A stretch of DNA of 64,000 nt from Cyanophora paradoxa CCMP329 (lineage: Eukaryota; Plantae; Glaucophyta): positions 372,001 to 436,000 of the forward strand of contig QPMI01000535.1 of the NCBI GenBank assembly GCA_004431415.1, given 5' to 3'. Made by a program: the position numbers and the translations under genes. Numbering within the stretch: the first letter of the stretch is position 1; every line of letters starts with the position of its first letter. Positions 1 to 10,900 of the stretch are shown one piece after another. Below the pieces are notes generated by a model. That model did not search any database, was not told where the DNA came from, and saw only the letters and a program-made list of their open reading frames with translations.

Positions 1-1036
1 ATTGCACGCTTCGAATAACCGAACTGGGTTCGAAAAAGCTCCTTGAATTTCGTGGCAGCCCACTCCGTCACGGTTGCATCAGTCGAATAAAATCGGCAGA
101 TCGCTTCCACTGTGCCTCGATTAAGAGATATCATGCCCTTTCCCAGTCCAAGCCGCTCTCGAATAGATGCGTAGGGTGCCTTTGCCAGCTTTTCGATTAC
201 TGTCTTCAGGCTCAGCCCGCGTGGATTTAATTTCACATACTCAAAGCATTCGAGCACGCAGTCATTCGCTGGGACATCGGGCAGTAAAGCTTGTCGACTG
301 TTCTGTGATAAAAAGGCAGTTTCGGTACGTTGCCTAGGGCGCCAGCCGCGTTATCTGCGATCAGCACTTCAATTGATGTCACTGTCCAAAAATCGTCTTC
401 CTGGTACGACATTTGAGCCGCCATCCACTGCGCAATGCGCTCATCCAGGCTCTCGGTCAAGGTCTGCAGTGCATTCTGTCTAATCTGAATCAGCTGCGTT
501 GTGTACATGTGATTGTTGTCAAAGCGGAACCGAATTATCACAAAGCGCCCTATCATCTCCGCAACGCCCAGCTGTCCGAGGATGTCAATCGTTAAATTCT
601 TGACCGACTCAGGATCAAAGTTGGGCTCAATCGCATATACATGCTTATCAAACAGCAAATTCGGATAGCGGTGATGCCTGTGAGAAAGCACACCATCTAG
701 ATCTCGTGGCACGGGAATTTCTTCAACGTCTTGAAATATATTCGGGACGTCTTCTAGTATCGCGTCCTCGGCCTGAACGGCGTTTGCGCGAGCTGCTGCA
801 ATTGCGCCGAAATGGCCTGCGAGCTGGCTTTCAAATAATCGGCGAGCTGGGCGAACTGTCCCTCGCAATCGCAGCAGTGTCGCAATATAGTTGCGAATCG
901 TGCGGCCCCAGGTCCCGCCGCTAGCGTCCGCTAGGCGCATCAGTTTGTTTCGAAATGTCCCGTGAACATATCCACGATCGTAAAGCTCTGTCGCTAAGTT
1001 TCTAAGTTCGGTCTTAAGTGCTGCAGTGGTGGCCAT
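1..1036 (-). CDS. 5' part of a probable Polinton/Maverick-type protein-primed DNA polymerase B (terminal protein + vOTU-like region); 1-nt frameshift near 279-281; runs off the window start
   Basis: Intronless ORF from ATG 1036 (MATTAALK...). Adding one C to the CCC run after LYC gives ...FWTVTSIEVLIADNAAGALGNVPKLPFYHRTVDKLYCPDVPANDCVLECFEY...GMISLNRGTVEAICRFY...ELFRTQFGYSKRA, open to base 1. The W-x-x-x-SI...LP...NDC pattern resembles Polinton pPolB N-termini (by eye). No polymerase motifs lie inside the window. Confidence 0.5.
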
Positions 1037-1147
1037 TGCAATCGCTTTCAAGAAGAGGGACTGAAATTATTTTCGGAATTCAGCGCAACAATCTCTGACT
1101 GTCAGATAGACTGAGAGGAACCTTTAAGCCATAGCTCAGACGTTCGC

Positions 1148-1582
1148 GACTTAGGACAAAAGTTCACGTCGGCGTTCGCGACTTTGGACAAAAGTTCACG
1201 TCCAAAATCCTCAAGCATGCAGGCGCACCCCCACGCATGTCTCCCGCAATCTAGCCGCTAATATAGCCTCAATTACACTATAAGAGACGACTAGGACAGT
1301 TGTTAGCCAATTCGGGCGGCGTTCTGAAGTTCGTGACTTTGGACAAAAGTTCACGTCCAAAATCCCCAAGCATGCAGGCGCATCCCCACGCATGCGTGGC
1401 ATGATCAAAGCGCTAGTATAGCCTCAATTACACCACAGGAGACTACTAGACTACTTGCTAGCCGATTCGGGCGCCGTTCTGAAGTTCGTGACTTTGGACA
1501 AAAGTTCACGTCCAAGGTCGCCTAGTGACTTTGGACAAAAGTTCACGTCCAAGGTCGCCTAGTGACTTTGGACAAAAGTTCA
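1148..1582. repeat. Six dispersed copies of a ~24-bp motif GACTTTGGACAAAAGTTCACGTCC, within 155-bp and 37-bp duplications
   Basis: Copies start at 1148, 1180, 1335, 1490, 1527 and 1564 (the last is truncated). Each has an internal ACTTT/AAAGT inversion. Confidence 0.9.
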
Positions 1583-1592
1583 AGAGCAATCT

Positions 1593-2164
1593 CTAGGCCT
1601 TATCGATCTGGCTATCCTTATCACTGTCAGGCTTGATGATCTTCGAGATCTCTCCGCGAATGCGGCGTGCAAGTTGAATGTCCTTCGGCATGATAGTGAC
1701 GCTGCAACGGAAAACGATCAGAGGATTGCAGGATATGACAAAAAGCAAGTTGGCTCACCGTTTAGCATGAATCGCGCACAGGTTAGCATCTTCGAACACT
1801 CCCACCAGATAAGCCTCGGCGGCAGTCTGGATCGCCAGCATGGCGTGCGACTGGAAGCGCAAGAGGGGATTAATGTCCTGAGTGATCTCGCGAACGAGTC
1901 GCTGGAATGGCAGCTTGCGAATCAGGAGATCCGTGGTCTTCTGGTACTTGCGGATCTCGCGCAACGCCACAGTGCCTGCAATCGTGATAATTAGATGAAA
2001 GCGACGGACGCACAGCTGCAGGGAATCCGTTGCTTACCTGGGCGATAGCGATACGGTTTCTTGACCGGACTAGCAAGAGGCAGCTTCACCTTGACTACGT
2101 TCGGCTGCTGACGTTCAGCGTTGCCCACAGTGCGCCTCGTCGGGTTGGCCTTCACGCGCGCCAT
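1593..2164 (-). CDS. Divergent histone H3 variant (3 exons)
   Basis: Exons 2164-2038, 1975-1759 and 1701-1593 with GT-AG introns of 62 and 57 bp give [150 protein letters not shown]. The H3 fold is unmistakable. Confidence 0.95.
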
Positions 2165-2777
2165 GTTTGCTGCAGCTGCTTTGTGCTTCTAGAAGGTTGC
2201 TGCTGCTCTATACGTGGGGTACTCGTACTAGTACTAGCAGGGGGTAAATTATGCAGGCTGCGCAGCGCGTGCACGTGATCGTACGATAGGCTACAGCTCC
2301 GCGCAGCGTTGTGCACACTGTGCCACGGTGCTCCTTTTTCGACGCATGCGCACGTGTTTTCTGGAGTTTTTTGGCGGTTCGGTTTCAAGTTGTTTCTTGC
2401 ACGTGTTTTTTATTAGGTCTGAAAAATCTGACTGCAAGCATTGGTCGGTTTTATTTGCATGCTGCATGTAATATATGTATATGTCGGGGACCCAGCTGAT
2501 CATGATCGCGAGCCGCGCGTGTTCGGCCGATTCGGTGGGGACTCGGTCGGTAAGTTGGGGAACTGCTACAAGTCTAGATCTAGACTCAGACTCTAGACTC
2601 ACTCAGTGTGACTCTAGCACTGCACTGCAGTACCAGGCTACTACCGTAGTACCAGGCTACTACCAGCTAAGTACTAGTCTAGCTAGCGACCTTCGTGCCG
2701 CGAGTTCTCTACTGAATCGATTTGCATGAATTCGAAATGAACAATGCGCAGAGCAAGTATTACCCGAATCACCGTAA

Positions 2778-3206
2778 GCTGGCATAAAAGTGAAGTATTA
2801 GATTTTAAACTTCTATGCTGGCATAAAAGTGAAGTATTAGATTTTAAACTTCTATGCTGGCATAAAAGTGAAGTATTAGATTTTAAACTTCTATGCTGGC
2901 ATAAAAGTGAAGTATTAGATTTTAAACTTCTATGCTGGCATAAAAGTGAAGTATTTGATTTTAAACTTCTATGCTGGCATAAAAGTGAAGTATTAGATTT
3001 TAAACTTCTATGCTGGCATAAAAGTGAAGTATTAGATTTTAAACTTCTATGCTGGCATAAAAGTGAAGTATTAGATTTTAAACTTCTATGCTGGCATAAA
3101 AGTGAAGTATTAGATTTTAAACTTCTATGCTGGCATAAAAGTGAAGTATTAGATTTTAAACTTCTATGCTGGCATAAAAGTGAAGTATTTGATTTTAAAC
3201 TTCTAT
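2778..3206. repeat. Tandem array, 11 x 39 bp (GCTGGCATAAAAGTGAAGTATTAGATTTTAAACTTCTAT)
   Basis: Exact 39-bp period. Copies 5 and 11 share an A>T variant. No spacers. Confidence 0.98.
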
Positions 3207-3721
3207 CCTACTAGGCTACTATGCTGGCCGTGAGTTCGGCCGATTCGATGGAGATTCGGTTGGTAAGTTGGGGAACTGCCGCAGCATTGAGTCCATTGAC
3301 TCAAGTGAATCGATTTACAGGCGGCCGCTGGCAGGCTGTGGCCGTTAACGTTGGGCAGCCGCTGAGCCTGCAGCTGGCAGGCGCCGGCGTGCCGCGGCAG
3401 ACTGTGCATATGCGCATGTTCACAGACTCGCTTCCGTAGTACAGAGCTGTCAACACAGCAGCTGCAGCAACCGCTCCATCCCGGAGTCCGTTTGCACATT
3501 CAACGGTAAGCTAACATGAAAGGTTGTGCATGCGGGGCCTGATCATGAGATGAGTCGCTATGCATGCAAGCAGAACTAATGCATATATACATGCTCACAG
3601 CTGCAGGTTGCTCACAGCAACCATATACGCGTGAACGCCACACAGGTGTGCATCTTGACACTATATATATATCATACGCAGTGTGCAGCACTCTCATCGA
3701 TCTTACGTCGGCATGTGCAGC

Positions 3722-5165
3722 ATGTCTATCAAAATCAGAGAACCGAATGAGAAGAAAACACGGCACTTTGTAACATTTGAGCTCGTTGATCGTAGAGAGT
3801 GTGACGACGACGATATGACGAAAGAGGAATGGGATGAGTGCCTGTGGAAGACTCTAGATGCTCTGTTTTACGGCCCCAGTCTTATTCGCACGAAGATCAA
3901 GTTTGCTCAATTTGCAGTATTCAAAACGACAACAAATGATGTGTTCCAAATTAAGGTATGCACCCATGCGAATTGAACAATGTAAATTGCGCCCATGCAC
4001 ACTGTTGCATATCACTCTCATTTACTTGACGTTTTCAGGGATTGATCACGACGAATACTAGTTATAATTGTACAGTTAAGCACATGAAAGACGCGTTGGA
4101 GATTCAGTTTGCAGATGATGGCGATTATTTCGGGCACACGCCCAATTACATTACTCCTCTTTTTGGGAAGACGGCTCAAAAAAAGGAACTGGAGACGCTA
4201 AACGTCAAGTCGAATAGATTGTCGAGCTGGTCAAATGGATCGGTGCGCAATGTACATGTATGGCGCGCACTGCATTCTGGCTCTAATGCTATTATAGCTG
4301 GACAACCAGGGAAATAGAAGATCCCCTGCCGAAGTGCAGCTTCGTGATAAAGTTCGACGTTTCCTCCGTGGTGATTGCATTCTCTTTTCTCACAATCATG
4401 TCTTGATTTGCATTTGCACAGAGCCAAGGAAATATGCGGATTTCATAGAACGGTTTCCACTCAAGTCTCGCGCTCTGGCCGGCCAAGCTGTGTTTACATG
4501 TGACAGGGACCGGAAAGCTCTATTTCTAGAGCTTTTTCCCAAGAGGAAAACCTACACAAAGATGTATTTTGTCACAGGTCTTGCTTTCACTCAAATTCTC
4601 CGACTGATAATATATATCTTCACACATTGTCAGGTGGCTCCCCAGAATCCCTGATTCAAAAGCTGATCGAGACCTACCCAGAGTCGGAAGTTTGGAAAAA
4701 ACCTGGCACGGTGTGCACTTATCGTGATAAAGTCTCTTTTATCTGATGGCAATGGTCACCTAGGAACGCGCTGGGTTCTGGGATGGCTACAATGGGGAAT
4801 CGTACATTTTTATCCCCAATTTTAGGGGTGAAATCTCCTTGAGCAGTATTATAAATGCTTGTTCTCCTCTTTCAAAGGCAAACTTGCCCATAATGTATGG
4901 TAACGAAATTTGGTTAGCTTCTACTCTTTTTATTTTTACAAGCGAAATTCACGTACGAGAGGTAATCGGTTATCGCTCCGGAAGTAATTACGTTACAAAA
5001 GCTGCATATCGTGATTTTAAAGATTTTGCGGCATGTTCCGGTGGTGGAATTATCCGTATTAAGAATATCGAAAAGCTTCTTAAGGCACGACAGGCCTATA
5101 GAAATGTAAAGAGAGATCTCGTAGTTGAATCTCCTGATGACATCTTGAAGATTTTTGATGACTAA
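3722..5165 (+). CDS. Spliced CRESS-DNA-virus (circovirus-like) Rep homolog with degenerate HUH and SF3 helicase motifs
   Basis: GT-AG introns at 3956-4038, 4243-4297, 4371-4421, 4578-4633 and 4711-4763 give one open frame. It includes ...SNGSLDNQGNRRS...RKTYTKMYFVTGGSPESLIQKLIETYPESEVWKKPGTERAGFWDGYNGESYIFIPNFRGEISLSSIINACSPLSKANLPIMYGNEIWLASTLFIFTSE..., collinear with circovirus Rep (QGxRSD; GPPGCGKS; WWDGYxGE; IDDFYG; KGG; ITSN). Confidence 0.8.
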
Positions 5166-5425
5166 GTTAGCTAGGTTCTTGTGAGCCAAAGGCTATGCAA
5201 GCTAGCTTGACGCTTTCCAAAATCAGCTAGGTCTCTTGTGAGTAAAATACTACGCAAGCTAGCTGGCGCTTTCTCCTGAGGCCGCAGCAGACCGCGCGCA
5301 AGCAACCGGGGCCCCAAGTACACCCACACACGCCCTCCTAAACTCAGTTCCGATATCTCCCCAAACAAACGCCTAATCAACACGCCTACTCTTTCTCACT
5401 AATTTCGCTCATCGATCACGCTTAT

Positions 5426-5493
5426 AGGGGTGGACCCCTGATGGTAAAACCAGACTTTGGGGGGCGGTCTGGTTTGGGGGGGGGTCCACCCCT
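5426..5493. other. 68-bp fold-back (hairpin or mini-MITE)
   Basis: AGGGGTGGACCCC pairs with GGGGTCCACCCCT; inner AAACCAGAC pairs with GTCTGGTTT. Confidence 0.8.
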
Positions 5494-5743
5494 TTACAAC
5501 AGACGGATCAGGCGCTAGCCGATCAGGTATTTGGATCGGTATATGTATATGATAGTATCGATCTGGAATTCGAAGACCGTCGACGTCCGACGGTCGACGG
5601 CATATAACATCAATTGCAACTTGCAAGTTAGGATGTCCATGCGCATGCCATGATCGTGATGCGCGTACGCGTGGATTTAAATGCGCATAGTATCGGCTGT
5701 TCGAAGCTGATCACGAGCAGCTATAGATTATTCAATGAATTAC

Positions 5744-6052
5744 CTCGGAAAAGACGATGATCCCGTTCCCGTCCGTATCAAACTCGTTGATCATGTTTCT
5801 GCACAGCCGCCGCGGCCGCGGCGCATTATTAATTGCACGTCACCACACAAGTAGGAAGCCTAAGGAATTTCGAATGCATTCGCGAACGCATACGTACTGG
5901 ATCTCGGCGTCCGTGGGAGTCTGGCCGTAAGATGCCATGACCGCGACGATTTCGGCTTTGGTCATGGAGCCGTCTCCGTTGGTGTCGAAGTTGCTGAACG
6001 CATCCGCGATCTCAGAGATCTGCTCTTCGGTGAACTGCCCCGTCGATGCCAT
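5744..6052 (-). pseudogene. Calmodulin-like EF-hand gene, N-lobe only (downstream exons not found)
   Basis: MASTGQFTEEQISEIADAFSNFDTNGDGSMTKAEIVAVMASYGQTPTDAEIQ, intron, NMINEFDTDGNGIIVFSE, then a GT donor with no recognisable next exon. Confidence 0.7.
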
Positions 6053-7976
6053 CTGGATCTGCGCACAAACTCGAAGCGGTGAGCGCGCGCGATCGCGAGC
6101 CAGCTGCAGCGCCCCGACGCGCATGCGCCTAGGCCTGCAGCTGTGCCCTGGCCTGGCCAGGCCGACCGCGTGCGTATACGTATATACGTATTCGTATACG
6201 GGCACGGCGCGGGCATGCGCACGGCCGATCAGCGCACCGGTTCGAAGCCTTAAGCTAAAACGCGAACGCGCTAGGGTGACCCGGTGTCCTTCGGAATACA
6301 AGTTCTGTCCGTCGGACAATGAGCGCTGAAGCTGGATGGTGTCGAGCTCGAGCACACTGTGACCGTGGCGTGTACTATAACTAGGAGCGCTATATAGCAA
6401 GCTGCACGCGCTAGCGATAGGCACCGCTAACGCTCCTAGCATGCACACGCACCTCCTACGAGGGATCCTGGGCCGGGAAGCGCGCGTGATCGACCGTGCA
6501 GCGTGCGCATGCGCGGGACGCGGCGCTGAGTCGGCGGCGCCGGCGCCGGCGCCGAATGGGCGCGCCGGCGCCGGCGCCGGCGCCGGCGGTACTTCCGGAA
6601 GTTTTTTCTGCCGGATCATCGGATCTGTCAAAAAAAGAGCCCCCCCCCCCTTCATCCACTTGCCAACTTGCAAAAAAAACGAATTCGAATATCGGCCGCG
6701 GGCCAACTCGGACGGTAAACTCGGCGGGCCAACTCGGACGCGGGAACGTTGACTTGTAACGAGCAGATCTAGGCCCGATTCTAGAGTCGCCGGCGCCTCA
6801 CGCCGAGCTCGAGGGACACGCGTACGCAGAAACCGAGACCGAGAATTCGAAGAGGGCAAGGCCAGGAGCTCGAGGAGAGACATCAATGTTTTTTTAAAAA
6901 TGCATTTGCGCCGAATCAATGCGCGTGCGTACGGACATTGTCGGACAATACTCGCTCTTCATAATCCTACTCTTGCTGCAGCAATTGCAAGTATGTTTGG
7001 GAATCATCACCATCATTGTTCATTTCCGACCACAAACGTCAATTTTCAAGCGAGGCGTTACATTCAACAGCAAGGCGATGCATTTGAATATTCGGACTTA
7101 TGTTCGAATGTTCCAGCCTTTTTACTGATCGGGATTCGGGAGCCACAGGCGCACGTCTGCTTCGGCATCGAGCGGGGGCGGGGGCGAGGGCGCGCCCTCG
7201 CCCGCCCCGAGCCGCACGCCGCCCTCCTGCTCCAGCAGCAGCGCGAGCTTCCCCGACATCACCGTCGCCCCGTCGAACTGGCGCCCGTTCGCGTTCCCGT
7301 GAGCGGCGGCCCGTGCTCAGGGGGCGAGGAAGGGGGGATCCAGATCTAGAGGGGCGGACCTTGCAGCCGTGGAACTCCTGCGCCCGCTTCTTCCCGATGC
7401 GCCTGGCGCAGAAGACGCGCTGCGAAGGGCCTTGCGCATCAGCGGACCGGCTCACATAAAGCTTCGAAGAGGCGGCGCGGATCGCACGGGGAGGGTCGAG
7501 ATGGATACGGTCCCGTCGGGGCGGGCTGCCGCCAGCAGGCCCCGACCGCCAAGCGCGTCCTGCGCGCGCACGCGCGAGCATCAGAATACGCGCGCGCGGT
7601 ACGAGAGAAATGCAAATTAAATCTATTTAGCCGGCGCACCTCTGAAAACGCGTAGCCTTTGAGTTGTTCGGACTTTGCTTCGGCCGCGGCCGCGGGTCCT
7701 TCCTAAGTACGGTACACGTGGTCATGATCAGCGGCTAGTTAACGTTTGGCGGGCTGCGAGCGAACAGCAACGAAATAAGAATTCCCCGCACCTCGGAGGG
7801 CGCGTGTCCGGACGCCGAGGCCGCTGGGGAGGCCGAAGCCCAGACCACCTCCTCCTCGCCGTCCGGAGCGACGGCGCACACTCTCGTGTCAACCTGAGAC
7901 GAGATTCACGCGCGGCGCGGGACGGCCCGCGCCGCGCCGAGAGATAGCCTAAGGTGGCTTAGGTGTGGCGGTAGAG

Positions 7977-10900
7977 TTAAGACTCTGCCCTGTCGCGCGA
8001 GCGCGAGCTGGCGAACTTCAGCTTGACTTGGCCCCCGGCCGCGGGGGCCTGCAGCCGGCCACGGCCCTCCGCACGGGCGCCCGCGAGCTCGACGCCGGCC
8101 TGCATGTCCCAGACGAGGAGCGAGCTATCCACGTCGGCGCTCCCCGTCACCACCCGCCTCCCGTCCTGCCGCCACCGCCATCGCCAGCCCCGCGCGAGGT
8201 TCCCAAGTCAGTTCCCGAATGCAGAGTGCACGTGGTTTCGTCGAGGTCGATCTCCCGCCCCCAGAGCTCCGGGGATCCTAGAAAGCACGTACACGCACTA
8301 TCGCTGCCTATCGCGCGCGCCACGCCGCTCACCGGCGAGATCGACAGCGATGTGGCGAGCATGCTGATGGTCCGGCCCGAGGCCGACAGCCGCGGCTTCC
8401 GCAGCTGCACGCCCGTCTCCAGGTCCCACACCCGCAGCGTCTTGTGGTCGCACCCCGTCACGATGTACTTGCCGTCCTGAGCCGCGCGTAAGTACGCGTA
8501 ACGCGTCCTTTATGATTCGTATCATCCGCAGATGTCTCTCGAACTCACCGGCGTGATAGCGATCGAAGATGCCATGCTCTTGTGGCCCTTCAGGCGCCGC
8601 AGCTCGGCCCCGCTCTCCAGGTCCCAAACGCGCAGGGTCCAGTCCCGGCTTCCCGACACGGCGCGCCTCCCGTCCTGCGGTCCGTCCGAAAATTAAACCG
8701 CGCGTCAGCGTTGGAGGCTTTCCTGCCGTGAGATCCCGGCCCGGCCCGCACCGGCGAGATCGCGACGGAGAGAACGGGGCCTTCGTGACCCGTGATCACC
8801 CGCAGCTCCGCCCCGCTCTCCAGGTCCCACAATCGCAGCGTCTTGTCGCCGCTGCCCGACAACGCGCGTTTCCCGTCCTGCGCGGCCCCGGGCCCCCGCG
8901 TCAAACGTGGTCGAATGCCGCACACGCTTCTTTTTGCCGAAATAATATCGAGTTACAGAGGCTCTCGGTCAAGCTGCATCACACGCACCTGCGTGACTGC
9001 AACGGAGACGACCGTGTCGTCGTGGCCCGTGAGCGTCCGCAGCTCTGCCCCGCTCTCCAGGTCCCAGACTCGCAGCGTGTTGTCCGCGCTCCCCGACACA
9101 GCGCGCAGCCCGTCCTGCGACCCGAAAATCCAAGTAAATTTGAAGAATGTGCAATCCTCCATCCGCTTCGGCTTTTTAATAATTATTCAAGCTTGAAGTC
9201 TTCGACCGTGCCAGGGCCCGCAAAGTCTCGAACGCACCGGCGAAACCGCCAACGAGCGGACGTACTCGGTGTGCCCAACAAGCTGCCGCAGCTCCTCCCC
9301 GCTCTCCAGGTCCCACAGACGCAGCGTCTTGTCCTCGCCCCCCGACAGTGCGCGCTTCCCGTCCTGCGAGCGATCCGAAGAGATTACAATCGCAGACAGG
9401 CCGGGGCTATTCATATGCATGGCACTCTAGCACTCCGTGCCTCTCGCGCACCGGCAGAACCGCGACGCAGTACGCATCCCCGTCGTGACCAGTGAGCCGG
9501 CGCAGCTCGGACCCGGTCTCAAGGTCCCACAGCCGGAGCATCCTGCCCTCCTTGCTCCCCGACACGGCGCGCTTCCCGTCCTGCAACGTGCACAAGGGCC
9601 GAAGGTCAGCGCGAGCTGTGTCGAAAACGCTGAGCTTAATTATGATCTTGAAAATGTTAAACGAAAGTATAGGCCCCAACTCCCTAAGTCGGCCTCTATC
9701 GGCCTTGAAACGCTGGCCGGCGACGTTTAGGAAGACGCCCGTCAGCGATGTTTAGACAATGGCAAGCCGTTCTTGCATTCGAACTATTCGCAGTCGGTCT
9801 ATCCGGGCCCTCTATCGACGTCTCGGTCTCTCTTCAACCGCGGGTCGCGTCCGCGCACCGGTGAAATTGCAACCGACCAGACGTCGCCTTCGTGACTCGT
9901 AACCTGCCGTAGCTCCGCCCCGCTCTCCAGGTTCCACAATCGCAGGACTTTGTCGTCGCTGCCCGACACGGCGAGCTTTCCGTTCTGCGGCGCGCCTGGT
10001 CAGCTTTCGCGCCTGCACCAGCGAAGAAGCGCGCCTGCTTCCAAAAGACATCGTTCTAGATCTAGGCCTCGCGATCGGCTGCTAGTCTCAAGCGTTCGCT
10101 CCCAATATTCGACTTCGAATCTCTCATTTCCCGTACCGGCAAGACCGCCACCGAGTTGACGGTGCTCTTGTGGCCGGCGAGGCACTGCAGCTCCGCCCCG
10201 CTCTCCAGGTCCCACAGCCTCAGCGTCTTGTCGCCGCTCCCCGACAACGCGAGCTTCCCGTCCTGCGGCCGCCATGTCAGCACCATAGAAATGAGAGTCC
10301 ATTCATTTTCGCACGCACGGGCAAGAATGCCAATGCGAAGACCCGATCCTCGTGGCCCGTGATCACCCGCAGCTCCGCCCCGCTCTCGAGATCCCAGACC
10401 CGCAGCGTCTTGTCCTTGCTTCCGGAAAGCACACGCGTTCCGTCCTGAGATCCGAGGCCCGCATCAGAAACCAGAGCATGCGCAGCCTCCAACGCGCACG
10501 CACCGGCGAGATCGCCACCGCGCGGACGGACCGCTTGTGGCCCACAAGCACCCGCAGCTCTGCCCCGCTGTCCAGGTCCCACACGCGAACCGTCTCGTCC
10601 TCGCTGCCCGACACGGCGCGCTTTCCGTCCTGCGAAGCGACCAGATTCACAACCGGAGGCTGGGCTTATTAGACTCTCTCCTGGCCGCATCCACGCACCG
10701 GCGTAATGGCGACGGACCAGACGTCTTTCTCGTGACCGGTGAGCCGACGCAGCTCCGAACCGGTCTCCAGGTCCCACACCCAGAGCGTGTGGAGGCTGCC
10801 GGACACGGCGCGCTTCCCGTCCTGCAGCCGAGAAACGCTCGCGATTGATGGGCAGCGAGGGCCCGCCGACGGGGAGCGAAACACAGAGGCCTCCAGCTCA

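Noticed and set aside
233-300. Firm pseudogene call for the pPolB-like and NACHT genes
   Set aside because: Both shifts are single-base losses in short homopolymers. Similar 1-nt differences occur between repeat copies, consistent with long-read error.
1593-2164. CENH3 assignment
   Set aside because: Q68, F84 and canonical loop-1 length are retained; only the tail and T107 differ. Not excluded, but unsupported.
2778-3206. CRISPR array or 13-aa repeat protein (ORF 2744-3214)
   Set aside because: Units are contiguous with no unique spacers and there are no cas genes. The ORF is a by-product of a stop-free 39-bp period.
5426-5493. CRESS rolling-circle origin
   Set aside because: The hairpin loop has no NANTATTAC-like nonamer.
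7130-7900. Small spliced ORF fragments on both strands
   Set aside because: Exon-like pieces with no recognisable domain or confident start.
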